A DNA stretch of 63,273 nt, counting the filler. It is 4 parts of 4 records of this genome, joined end to end, with 100 filler letters (N's around TTAATTAATTAA, not from the genome) between each part and the next. Parts side by side here need not be neighbours in the genome. Positions count along the whole stretch, not along the records: positions 28,118 to 38,780 come from SRR2962707_3216; positions 38,881 to 56,029 come from SRR2962707_3219; 2 more parts are not named here. The stretch is one strand, 5' to 3'. Each line of letters begins with the position of its first letter. Position 1 is the stretch's first letter. Of this stretch, positions 31,269-41,800 are shown in pieces. The position numbers and the translations under genes were made by a program. The notes below the pieces were generated by a model. That model saw only the letters and a program-made list of their open reading frames with translations. It made no database searches and had not been told where the DNA came from.

Positions 31269-31395
31269 GTGGGACAACAAAGGGGGACAACGCGTCCCAC
31301 TGCTCACTATGAGTTGCTTATAAACCAATGACTTAGGAGCATGGTGGGTTTCCCAGTATCGCCCACCATCCAACCTCCTTAAAATCAAAGCCTTA
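31269..31395 (+). mobile_element. att-like site: tRNA-Val 3' fragment with IHF-like and arm-type repeats
   Basis: TCCCAGTATCGCCCACCA at 31351-31368. IHF-like sites AACCAATGACTTA (31323) and AATCAAAGCCTTA (31383). GGGACAA at 31271 and 31284. Confidence 0.65.
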
Positions 31396-31628
31396 CGCAC
31401 GTTAAAAATGCGAGGCGTTCCTACAGTGAGCAAACTGTCTATGTATTTAGACGTTTGGCGATTTAAGAGAGGATTGGGTAGCGTTGCCAAGTTGGACGAT
31501 AACTTTTTCGAACACTTGTAAAACCGTTTGATAGCTTCGCTTTAATGGCCAAGTAGATGAGAATAATTATTCGCCATTATTGCGTGTATTGAGCTATGAT
31601 TTGCGGGCAAGCCGGCTGCCAACAAACA

Positions 31629-31664
31629 AAAACGCAGCGTTAGGTTTCTCCAAAGCTGCGTTTT
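31629..31664 (-). terminator. Terminator downstream of the autotransporter
   Basis: AAAACGCAGC...GCTGCGTTTT stem, followed by a T-rich tail on the minus strand. Confidence 0.6.
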
Positions 31665-31691
31665 ATCTTTAAGGCGGCTGGTGCGTTTGAT

Positions 31692-34600
31692 TTAGAACGG
31701 CACTCTGGCCTTTGCAGTTGCGCCATAGGCTTCATATTTGCTGTCGCCCAAGCCATCATAAAAAGCGAGGAAGTTGATGTTCACACCATTGACGAAGGCA
31801 ACACCAAGTCCTGATCCGATTTTCGCACGCAGGCTCTGCGTGCCAGTCTGAGATTCATAGATGCCTGACAATGTTAAAGAGGTCGTGATCAATGTTCCAT
31901 CATCCTGTTTGAAGCTTGCGGACAGTTTTGGTCCAAACTCAATATTTGCCAAATTGATCGTTTGCTCAGGGATCACATTGGTCAAACTATCGGTGTAGGA
32001 TTGTTGTTTTTCCCAAAAATAAGTGCCTTTGACAAACGGCGTGAGCGTCACGTTTTCACCGAGTTTAATATCGCCGCTCAGTTTTGCCGTCAGTAAGAAG
32101 CGGTCGGTATTGAATTTACCCGTCGCAGCGCCTGTATCTATGTCATTATATGACTGGCCAAAAACCGCGCTGCCGTCAAAGAATAGATTATCGGCGATCT
32201 CAGCGGCCACATAAGGACCGGCCATCCATCCCCAGCCTTGGGCGCTTAATAGACCATCCTTGTGGTTGTCAAAATCAAACTGCACCATCATGCCAACAAG
32301 CAATTTATTGCTGAAGCGATAATCAACACCCGTATGTATAATGCCAACATCTGACGTTGATGTACCCGCATTCGCCCGGACATAAGTGCCTGATGCCCAA
32401 GCATCAAAACCAACATAGTTTTGGGTTGCAACTGATGATTGGCTTGGCGTTTGATCGGCCTTTGCGACTTCTGGTCCGTAGCCAAGAGCATAAGTATCAT
32501 TCAGACTGAATGCTTGACCAATGCGGCGCTCAACCATTTGTGCTTGCGCCGACTGACGCTGTGCAGCAATGCCGCGAAGACTAGTATTAAAACTCATGTG
32601 CAGGTTTTCATCATTGCCGATCGCCGCAAAGCCCAAGGGATTGCCCTCAGCCCCCTGTGGACTGCCGCCAAGGCGGGAGCCGATATCAGGCGCTCCAGCC
32701 ACAATCGCCTTACCGCGGTTCGTCATAAATGTAGCGATTTGATCTGATGTTTTGCCAACTTGATCATCGACAAGTGCTGATATCGGACTTGAAGTAGAGG
32801 CAACCGTTTTTACGTCGCCGCTATAGCTTGCCACCACATTATAGCTGCCCGCATCTGCAAAGCGATATACGCAAGTCGCGTTGCCGCCATTTGGTGTCAC
32901 ATTTGAACAGAGCGTTGTTGCGCCTGAGGCAAAGTCAACAGTGCCAGTCGGTGTCACAGCAGATGTAATAGTCGCAGTGTAAGTGACTGTTTCGCCTTGT
33001 TTTGGTGCATTGTTTGATGCGGTAAGCACGATGGATGTCGGCGCTTTTGCAACATTGATCGTAATGTCTGCGTTGGCTGATAGGTAACTCTCATCAGCTT
33101 CTATTGTTGCGCGAATTGTGCACGCACCTTCGTCTGTTCCTGTTACCGTTGAGCCAGAAAGGCTACAATAATCAGCGCCCGATTGGATAGCGTATGTCAC
33201 AGCGCCTGAGCCTGATGCGCCCGACGTTGAAAGCGTTGAAGTCTCAGTGATGTTCAGGCTTGTGGCGGTTGCCGATAACTCTATCGTTTGTTGTGCTTTG
33301 CCAATTGTAAAACTCTGAACCACATCTGAAGCAGCGCTATAATTATCGTCTCCCGCCTGCGAAGCCGTTATCGAACACATGCCAGCTTTTACCATCGTTA
33401 CAGTTGAACCAGAAACCGTGCAGACGTCTGTTGTGGTCGATGCAAATGAAAGCGGCTTTGCAGATGCCCCGGGAGTCGCACTAAGTGCAATTGTACCATT
33501 TGGCGCGAAAGTCGCATCATCTGGTTTGGTGAATGAAATTGTCTGAACCGCTTTGCCAATTTCAAAACTTTTCACAACGTCTGATGCCGCGCTGTAATTA
33601 TCATCGCCTGCTTGTGACGCGGTGATTGAACAAGTGCCGCCCTTCACCATCGTGGCTGTTGAACTAGAAACCGTACAGACAGCCGTTGTGGTCGAAGCAA
33701 ATGTCACTGGCTGCGATGACGCACCGCCGGTCGCAGCAAGCGCAACCGTTCCATTTGGTGTGAACGTCACATTATCTGGCTGTGTAAATGTAATTGTCTG
33801 GGCAGCCTTGCCAATTGAAAAACTTCTCACGACATCTGACGCAGCGCTGTAATTACTATCAGCAGACTGTGATGCGGTGATTGAACAAGTACCGCCCTTC
33901 ACCATCGTAGCTATTGAACTAGAAACAGTACAGACATCTGTGGTTGTTGATGCAAATGTCACGGGCTGAGAAGATGCACCACCAGTTGCGGCAAGCGCAA
34001 TAGTTCCATTTGGTGTAAAGGTGGCGTTGTCTGGCTGTGTAAAGCTAATTGTCTGATCGGCTTTAAAGATTGCAAAGCTTTGATCTGCATCGGATGCCGC
34101 ATTGTAATTATCATTGCCTGCCTGAGAGGCGGTGATTGTACATGTGCCCACTTGCACCATCGTAACATCTGAGCCAGAAACGGTACAGACGGCTGACGTC
34201 TTTGATGCAAATGTTACAGCCAATGAAGCATTGCTCGTCGCGCTTAGCGATACTGTGTTGCTTGCTGAAAATGCGACATCGCTTGGTTTTGTGAAGGTGA
34301 TTGTCTGATTAGCTTTGACAACTTTGAAGTTGATTGTCGCAGGGCTATTGCTTGCAAGGTAAAGTCCGCCGCTATCGACTGCATAGCTAGCAGTGGCGGT
34401 GTAATTTCCCGGTGCAAGGCCCGCATTTAGTGTTAATGCGCCACCATAGTATGTGTTTTGGCTACTCGCTGTGCTTACAATTGATCCCGAAGCAGATGAC
34501 GAAGCGTAGGTGATAGAAGTTCCGAGCGGGGCAACATCCGACGGCTTGCAATTTTGCAATTTAGTGGCGACTGGAACCTGCTGCGTATTCGGGCTATAAG

Positions 34601-35783
34601 TCAAATCATCAATCGCATTGGGAAGCAGCAATCCTGTACAAACTGGATTAACGGTAAGGGCAAATGTCTGTGATGATGTTTGTGCTGTGCCCGCAGTGCT
34701 ATCTGTCACCTTTACGGTATAATTTGTGCTTGAGACCGCTGCTGTTGGCGTTCCGCTAATTGCGCCTGTTGACGTATTGAGTGTCAAACCAGATGGCAAT
34801 GCTGGGCTAACGCCGTAACTCAAAGGTGCAGTGCCACCTGTTGCCGTAACCGGTGTAAAGGCCGTGATCGCGCTGTCGCCTGTTACAGTGTTGGATTCAA
34901 CCGCAAGGGTTGTGCTTAATGCTGGCGGGGTAAATATGTAATCATGATCGACATCTGCTGCGGCATTAAGATTGGCATCCCCTAACTGCGAACCTGTAAT
35001 CGTACAGGTGCCAGGTGTGAGCATTGTTACTGTCGCATCTGAAAATTTATATAAAAGAGCACCATTTGAAGAATAATCATTGGGTGTGGTCGCACCTACC
35101 GTACAAACAGTTGGTGTTTTAGATTTATAACTAACATATAGGCCGGAATTTGGGAAAGTTTCAGTCTGATAATTATTTACTCCACCCGTCATAGCTACAG
35201 ATCTTGCTACAACGGTTCCCGATGAGACGAAAGGAACCGACGAAGATGCCGCGAATTGTATCTTTTGATCGCCTTTTGTGATGTTGAACGTACGTGTGAC
35301 TTCACTGGCAGCAGCAAATGTTGTGCCTCCGGCCTGTTGGGCAGTAACTGAACAAGAACCAGCGCCCGTAATTTGAAGATAATAAATGTATCGATTAGTC
35401 GAGCCATTTGTATCGTATGCGTAATAAGAACATGACCCACTTGTTGAAAAATTCAATTGCAGACTCGAATCAGACTTAGCCTGATATCCAAAATCACTGT
35501 TGCTAAAGCTACCTAAGACAATACGATTTTGCCCACTAAAGTTTCCTAGGTTTTGGTTAGGATAATTCTCTGGGATGTATCGATCCCCATAAGCGACATC
35601 GGGAAGTGCAGGAAATGTGATTGTTTGAGGTGTATCGCCTGCAGAATATGCCTGCGTGACACCCAGCAACTGAACACCTATAAAAAACATGACTAGGAGT
35701 AAGCAACATTGACCAAGCTTTCCAATCTGATGAAGAAAGCAAGATTGGTTTTTTGGTTGGTCGAAGTTTAAAGAATTTCGCAT
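31692..35783 (-). CDS. Autotransporter adhesin with Ig-like repeats
   Basis: Signal peptide ending AYSA. He_PIG-like segment (LPSGLTLNTSTGAISGTPT), tandem 84-85 aa repeats, a Big_3-like domain and a C-terminal beta-barrel ending in F. ATG at 35783 has GAGG upstream. Confidence 0.88.
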   Translation of the reverse strand: MRNSLNFDQPKNQSCFLHQIGKLGQCCLLLVMFFIGVQLLGVTQAYSAGDTPQTITFPALPDVAYGDRYIPENYPNQNLGNFSGQNRIVLGSFSNSDFGYQAKSDSSLQLNFSTSGSCSYYAYDTNGSTNRYIYYLQITGAGSCSVTAQQAGGTTFAAASEVTRTFNITKGDQKIQFAASSSVPFVSSGTVVARSVAMTGGVNNYQTETFPNSGLYVSYKSKTPTVCTVGATTPNDYSSNGALLYKFSDATVTMLTPGTCTITGSQLGDANLNAAADVDHDYIFTPPALSTTLAVESNTVTGDSAITAFTPVTATGGTAPLSYGVSPALPSGLTLNTSTGAISGTPTAAVSSTNYTVKVTDSTAGTAQTSSQTFALTVNPVCTGLLLPNAIDDLTYSPNTQQVPVATKLQNCKPSDVAPLGTSITYASSSASGSIVSTASSQNTYYGGALTLNAGLAPGNYTATASYAVDSGGLYLASNSPATINFKVVKANQTITFTKPSDVAFSASNTVSLSATSNASLAVTFASKTSAVCTVSGSDVTMVQVGTCTITASQAGNDNYNAASDADQSFAIFKADQTISFTQPDNATFTPNGTIALAATGGASSQPVTFASTTTDVCTVSSSIATMVKGGTCSITASQSADSNYSAASDVVRSFSIGKAAQTITFTQPDNVTFTPNGTVALAATGGASSQPVTFASTTTAVCTVSSSTATMVKGGTCSITASQAGDDNYSAASDVVKSFEIGKAVQTISFTKPDDATFAPNGTIALSATPGASAKPLSFASTTTDVCTVSGSTVTMVKAGMCSITASQAGDDNYSAASDVVQSFTIGKAQQTIELSATATSLNITETSTLSTSGASGSGAVTYAIQSGADYCSLSGSTVTGTDEGACTIRATIEADESYLSANADITINVAKAPTSIVLTASNNAPKQGETVTYTATITSAVTPTGTVDFASGATTLCSNVTPNGGNATCVYRFADAGSYNVVASYSGDVKTVASTSSPISALVDDQVGKTSDQIATFMTNRGKAIVAGAPDIGSRLGGSPQGAEGNPLGFAAIGNDENLHMSFNTSLRGIAAQRQSAQAQMVERRIGQAFSLNDTYALGYGPEVAKADQTPSQSSVATQNYVGFDAWASGTYVRANAGTSTSDVGIIHTGVDYRFSNKLLVGMMVQFDFDNHKDGLLSAQGWGWMAGPYVAAEIADNLFFDGSAVFGQSYNDIDTGAATGKFNTDRFLLTAKLSGDIKLGENVTLTPFVKGTYFWEKQQSYTDSLTNVIPEQTINLANIEFGPKLSASFKQDDGTLITTSLTLSGIYESQTGTQSLRAKIGSGLGVAFVNGVNINFLAFYDGLGDSKYEAYGATAKARVPF
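33291..34307 (-). repeat. Four tandem 252-255 bp coding repeats (QTITF...C...C...KA)
   Basis: Unit starts at 34307, 34055, 33800 and 33545; a diverged fifth unit starts at 33290. Confidence 0.9.
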
Positions 35784-35883
35784 ATTTTCTGCCTCAAAAC
35801 GATACAAATATAGATTCGGAGACGTGCAACTGCCTTGAAACTGCCCCCGCGTTAACGATTTGTTAGCGGATAGGAAAAAATCG

Positions 35884-35907
35884 CGCATACCCCCATTTGG
35901 GTATGCG
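35884..35907. promoter_or_regulatory. Inverted repeat between the LuxR-hydrolase and the autotransporter (operator or terminator)
   Basis: CGCATACCC-ccattt-GGGTATGCG. Confidence 0.5.
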
Positions 35908-35927
35908 GTGCGTTATTCGGGTAAATT

Positions 35928-37679
35928 TTAGCGGTTATCTGCGCTATGCTTAACGGCGTCTAAGACGTCAGCCCAATGGCTGTAAATGAGCATCTGGCCT
36001 GCACCTGGCACGACTTGAATGGTGCTATGTGGGACAGCATCCACAAAATCATACGAGCGGTTTATAAAGACAATTCCATCAGCATCGCCATGGATAATTC
36101 GTATAGGGCGATTGATCCGGCGTGCTTCCTCGCAAAAATCAATGACAACCAACTCAAATTCACGGCACATCTGATCGACACCCTGCTTTAGAGCCTCAGC
36201 GGAACTATCGCATACCCATGCAGCAATTTCAGGTGTGCTTTCAAAAGCTGTGACATCCCCTGGACTTTCGCGGCACATCCAAATGACCTGCTTTTTTGCA
36301 TCACCGCGCATAAACAAGCGCTGCATTGAACGCAGAAGAATTGCGCTAACCTGCGGCAGACTTTGCACGAGTTTACAGATGAGACGCTGCGCGGGCGGCA
36401 TGACCTCGATATATTCTTTTCGGTAAATTGGAGCATATGAGACCGAAATAAAATCCGCCACTTGATCTGGAAAAAGACTTGCAAACCTGAGCGCAAATAT
36501 TGAACCGATTGATTGGCCCACAAGGATCGCTTTTGATATTTTGAGTTTTTTTAGAACTGCGCGATAATCACCTGCAATAGCATCAAGCATCTGCTCCCCA
36601 TTGATATTGGGGATTAAATCAGAATCGCTATAGCCAGATCGGTGGGGCACTATGATCCGCAACCCCAAAGAAAAAGCACGTGCGATTGCCTCTTGATGCA
36701 TTTCAGCGCCATAAGGTGTGTTGTGGAAAACTAAAACCGGCATGCCGGTTAAATCTCCATATTCAAGATATGTTAATCGGCGACCATCACCTAGAACAAA
36801 AGACTTTTTACTGTCGGCAGCATGTGCATCTTTTGCCAAAGCATTGACCGACTTCTGTGTGCTTGATGCCAATAAATAACCGTAGGCAAAGCCACAGATA
36901 AGACGAACCAATTGCGGGATATCATCCGAATTGGTTTTTCGTCTTATCGATTTAATTTGAGTGCGCACAGTTTGCAGCGATGTATCACGCAATGCAGCAA
37001 CGTCATGCGGACGCTTTCCATTAGCGATGAGGGCAGCAACCTCAACCTCAGCTATGGTGAGTTCAAAGCGCTTTCTAAACAGCGCCAGAGCACCCGTATT
37101 GAAGCCTAAATCGATTGCTGTAACGAAGAAAAAATTTCTGTCATTTGGCGATTGACCTAACAGTTCTACTAAAACCTCTCCCTCTAATCGCTCAATGAGA
37201 AGGGTTTCGAATTCACCGTAGATCGGACCGCTATCATCCAACGCAATAATGGAACTAGGCTCGGAAGATGACTTAATGAACGAATAGATTTTATCTGTCG
37301 CCTCTTGGCCAAGCGCCTCACCAAGTGGCCTTGGAGGGCCTTTTAAGAAGGCACGCGCCTTTTCATTAATTGCAACAACCTGAGCACGTGAATTGATGAT
37401 TGCTGCCATGTTTGGCGCGGCGCTAAGAAGCAATGACGCTTTGGATTGTGATGCCGTTTCATCCTTAAATTTTATTTGCATATCCTTGGCTAATTGAAGG
37501 TGCATAAGGAAGTCTGGATCGTTCGCAAAACCAAGCGACGAATAAGCTTCGTCTAATTCTGACGGCGATAAGCCAAAAAGCGCCTCATCAATTGCCTGCA
37601 ATTTATCGACGAAATCTTCACCTGGCAAAGTGGCGGAATATACAGCCGTTATAATTTTATTTTTGATATCCGCCGGCAT
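35928..37679 (-). CDS. LuxR-type HTH / alpha-beta hydrolase fusion regulator
   Basis: HTH LTIAEVEVAALIANG...SLQTVRTQIKSI; hydrolase motifs DGRRLTYLEYG, GQSIG, IHGDAD and GAGQ. Confidence 0.88.
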   Translation of the reverse strand: MPADIKNKIITAVYSATLPGEDFVDKLQAIDEALFGLSPSELDEAYSSLGFANDPDFLMHLQLAKDMQIKFKDETASQSKASLLLSAAPNMAAIINSRAQVVAINEKARAFLKGPPRPLGEALGQEATDKIYSFIKSSSEPSSIIALDDSGPIYGEFETLLIERLEGEVLVELLGQSPNDRNFFFVTAIDLGFNTGALALFRKRFELTIAEVEVAALIANGKRPHDVAALRDTSLQTVRTQIKSIRRKTNSDDIPQLVRLICGFAYGYLLASSTQKSVNALAKDAHAADSKKSFVLGDGRRLTYLEYGDLTGMPVLVFHNTPYGAEMHQEAIARAFSLGLRIIVPHRSGYSDSDLIPNINGEQMLDAIAGDYRAVLKKLKISKAILVGQSIGSIFALRFASLFPDQVADFISVSYAPIYRKEYIEVMPPAQRLICKLVQSLPQVSAILLRSMQRLFMRGDAKKQVIWMCRESPGDVTAFESTPEIAAWVCDSSAEALKQGVDQMCREFELVVIDFCEEARRINRPIRIIHGDADGIVFINRSYDFVDAVPHSTIQVVPGAGQMLIYSHWADVLDAVKHSADNR

Positions 37680-38189
37680 TTCTTATTCCTAGCGGAAAGA
37701 TATTTGCGCCAATTTTATCGGCAAGAATATAAACACAAATCAAGTTATAACAAGCAGAGATATAAGCTATCTGTTCCCAGCGGAGGGATTATAAATTGAT
37801 GGAAAAATGTCCGTCCCAACCTTCAGTATGCCGCACACAAAACTAAAAGCTAAAGACTGCTTTAACATTTTATCTGAAGCGATATCTGGTGCAAGTGAGG
37901 CACAAACGCTGCACTGGTATTTCAAACTTTTTTCCAACTCAAAGACACAAAAAGTGGGCAAGGCGATTAGAAGTCCAAGCCGGTAGAGCAGAACGAAAAC
38001 CACACCGCTGAAACACGCCTTGCCTGCGCTCACCGCCACACCTCGCACCAAAAAGGCTGCCCCCAATCCTTGAAAAGCAGACCCAAACCTGCGAGCCTAG
38101 CAGTAACCAAACATTACTTGGGACATGTCGGCTTAGATTTCACGAGGATATCAAGCCTGCAGAAATAAATATAAAATGAGGGGATAAAT

Positions 38190-38780
38190 ATGACAGAAAC
38201 GTCTGCTGATCATGGTATACCGGCACCGCAAGGTGTCTCGGAAATCATTGATACGGACTATGAAATTGGTCAAGACAACAAGGATGGCGCAGTGGGCCCC
38301 TTTGGTTTTGACATCCATAATCCTGTATTTGCAATCTCGGGAGCTGCAATTGTGGCCTTCGTATTTTTCACATTGGCTTTGCCAGATCAGGCATCGAGCA
38401 TCTTTAAGGCCATGTTCGATTTTGCGACCAAGAACTTCGATTGGTTCCTGATCGGATCAGCCGATATCGTGGTGATCTTCGCTTTGTTTTTGATCGTTTC
38501 GCCCTTTGGTAGCATTCGCCTGGGCGGGTCAACCGCATCGCCGGACTATACCTATATTGGCTGGTTCTCAATGTTGTTTGCCGCGGGCATGGGCATCGGG
38601 CTTATGTTTTACGGTGTGTCTGAACCATTGTCCCACTTTTCGTCCTCAATGGGCGGCGCTGTGTCTGATGGTGGTCTGCGGTCTGACTGGGCTCCGCTGA
38701 CCGGCGCTTTGGATGATCAGTCCGGTGCCATTCGTCTAGGCATGGCCGCTACGATTTTCCACTGGGGTCTGCACCCTTGG
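38190..38780 (+). CDS. BCCT family betaine/carnitine/choline transporter (3'-truncated)
   Basis: WFSMLFAAGMGIGLMFYGVSEP and FHWGLHPW motifs. Confidence 0.93.
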
Positions 38781-38880
38781 NNNNNNNNNNNNNNNNNNNN
38801 NNNNNNNNNNNNNNNNNNNNNNNNTTAATTAATTAANNNNNNNNNNNNNNNNNNNNNNNNNNNNNNNNNNNNNNNNNNNN
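38781..38880. other. Artificial contig spacer
   Basis: N-run with TTAATTAATTAA at 38825-38836. Confidence 0.98.
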
Positions 38881-41800
38881 TGCACCAGCGCCTGCACCAG
38901 CGCCTGCACCCGCAGCTTTGTTCGCGCCAGCAACGGGCTCAACACTTTTGCAGCCACCTGTATCGCCAGCAACTGCGTTGCAACCTGGTGCACTTGCGGC
39001 TGCGCATGCTCCGGCGTCGACAGAGCAGAACGCCGCGGGCGCATCGGTAAATCCTTCTGCCCGCTTTGCTACCGCTCTCTACGACTTTGTACCAGAGGCG
39101 GATGTCGAGCTGGGATTCAAGGCTGGTCAGCGTCTGACCGTTCTCAGCTTTGTGGATGACGAGTGGGCGATGGGAGAATTGAATGGGGCTACTGGCGAGT
39201 TCCCGCGCGCGTTTGTGAGAATCGAGGAGGGTCCTGGACCAGCTGCAATACTTGCTCCGGCACCAGCACCAGCACCGGCTCCAGCACCCGCTCCTGCACC
39301 TGATCTTATCGGAAATGTTTTTGACGACCTGGACTTTTCCACCCCAACGCCATCGGGTGCAATCACAGGCACACCAGCTCCGCTGTCAGCGTCGAATGCA
39401 CAGCAGCAAGCAACGCCGCCAACCTCAGCTATTGCTGCTCAGGAAGCAGACTTATTTTCTGCATCCACGATTCTGCCACCGACCGTCCCTGTCATGCAAG
39501 TTGCAGTGAAGAAAGCTGCGCCCAAGTATGCGATTGCGCAATATGCTTTTTCAGGACAGCCGCCTGACGAGTTGTCATTTAATGAAGGAGACGTTATTGA
39601 GGTTGTGCCGCCTCCAGTAGGTGTGCCAGAGGATCCTGACTGGATGCTAGGAGCTATGAACGGTGCCACAGGCTATGTTCCCCGCGCCTACGTCGTTGTT
39701 CAAGAAAATACTGGCTCTTCAGAAAACGCGCAGGCCTCATCAGAGCAAAAAATGCCCCCTCCCATGGTTCAATCCTATGCAAAGTTTGTCGACGAGAAAG
39801 TATCAGAAGACCCAGGCCAATCATTCTCTGTTCAACAGGCTGCTGCAGCTGCGATGAACGCGCTGCAATTAGAAGGGGTTCCAGTGCCAACGCAGAGTAT
39901 TCCAACCCGCTTCCTGGATCGGTTCGAGCCCATTTGGCGTTTACCGGCAGCGTCGCAGCTTTTGGCAGTTGACTGCGTCAATCCGAATTTGACTAACGGA
40001 AACATCAACATCGAAATTGAGTCACTCGTCCCTTCGATCACCTTCATTGCCGAACTTCTCGGCGGAGTTGAATGCTCAATTACCCAGTGCAATGAGGCTG
40101 CCTGGGACCTTCGAACACATTTACAAGACGCTGCTTACATGATCGAAAAGCTACCCTGGAATACGAACGATGATACGAAGCTGTTGGAGTTTTTGTCGAG
40201 CGTTACGCAGGTCGTGACACAACTGCGCGTGGACGACATTACAATCATTCCTGCTGGCTGGCTCTCTCCAAAGTCTCGGCATCTTATTCTGTGTGTTTTG
40301 GCTCGAAAGCAGACCGGGTACGTGCGTCCAGTGTTTGGTTGGTTGCACGATTCTTTTGTGCAGTGTGAGGTGAATATCACCATGTGGTCACTGCTTTCGC
40401 GACAGGTATACGCTGACAGTGTGCAACACAGGCAATGGGCTGGAGTATCATGCGTCTGGCGTTGACCCAGACACATCACTAGACACAAAGGGCATGATGC
40501 TGGTTATCGATGACATTCCGCAGTACAAACTCAGCGACAGTGCTTTTTGGTTTTTCACTTCACGGATGGTGACTTACATGCACCCCAAAAATAAAGCGAA
40601 AACCTTTTACCAGAAACTGTTGCCTTACCTCAACGACAAGCCGCTGAAAGCGAACATCCAGAGTTACGATTTTCACATGCCGATTCCTCACGGCCGAGAC
40701 CGCCGCCTCCTGCACTGCGTGATGCTCGCTGTGCTCCGTGGCTTCACTGAAAAAGGACTTTCGCCTGTCAGTATCCGGTGCAATGACGTGTTGCTGCAGG
40801 CAAGGCTTGGCGTTTTGGACGGCTCACTGACCCTCACCACCAATGCGAACTTTTGTGCATGCAGTCGCAGGTGAAGTTTATGCGATACATGATCCAGTTA
40901 CGTGCATGTCAGCACATGCAGGGTGAGCTAGCCATCATTAAGACGATGACAACGCATGACATTGAATGTGTGCAAGCGTCTCTTAAGACGCTTGCGCACA
41001 CAGCTCTTGAGCTCGCGCGAGAATATAAAGCCAAGGCGTACGTTAGCTCGCGTTTGACCTGATCTGAGTATGCTGTTGAACGTTTGGTTTGTGACAGCTT
41101 ACCGAAGCCAGGTGCGGTTGTACGCTGTCAGGGACGATGACATCGAGGAAGACCTTGCCCTGGCGGGTGCCTGCATTCGAGACACTGAAAAGCAATTAGC
41201 GTTTCACATTGGCAATGTCATACTTCCATCTCAGCCTGTTGTACGCATCGACATTGCGAGCAAGCCAGACACTGCTGGCACCGCTGTTCCGCCCAATTTT
41301 GACCGCTTCCGCTGGGATGAATCCATTGAGCACCTTGCTGGAGCGGCACCGATTCCACCGATAATGCGACCACTTGATTTCACATTGGTTCAAGATTCTG
41401 TGGAAACTTTCAACGATGTTTCCAACGTGCTACGCCACACAGTACATCTGTGCACACTGCTCTCGAACCAGCGCAAGTATGTGAAAAACACCTATATGCT
41501 GCGTGTGTCGTTGGTGCAGCATGTTTTTACGCATGTGCTGCCCCTTCCACTGCCGCACAATCACCCGGACAAAGCCACAAAGTGCTTTTGGTCGAGCCGT
41601 GCCAAGGGGATGCGCTACGAGACACAGGTGGACATTTTGCGCCTGCTCGAAATGGTCGCCAGGCACTTTGCAGCTGCATCACTTTCGCTGCGCATTACGC
41701 GGTCCTTCGACGCTGCTAGAGTTATCACGATGGCATGCATGGTAAGTTGCTGACACGGCATTAGTCAATTCGAAGTGGCACACCGTTGATTATGAATGTG

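Noticed and set aside
37767-38066. 99-aa minus-strand ORF between the LuxR-hydrolase and BCCT
   Set aside because: It has a TTG start and no motif; it is probably intergenic.
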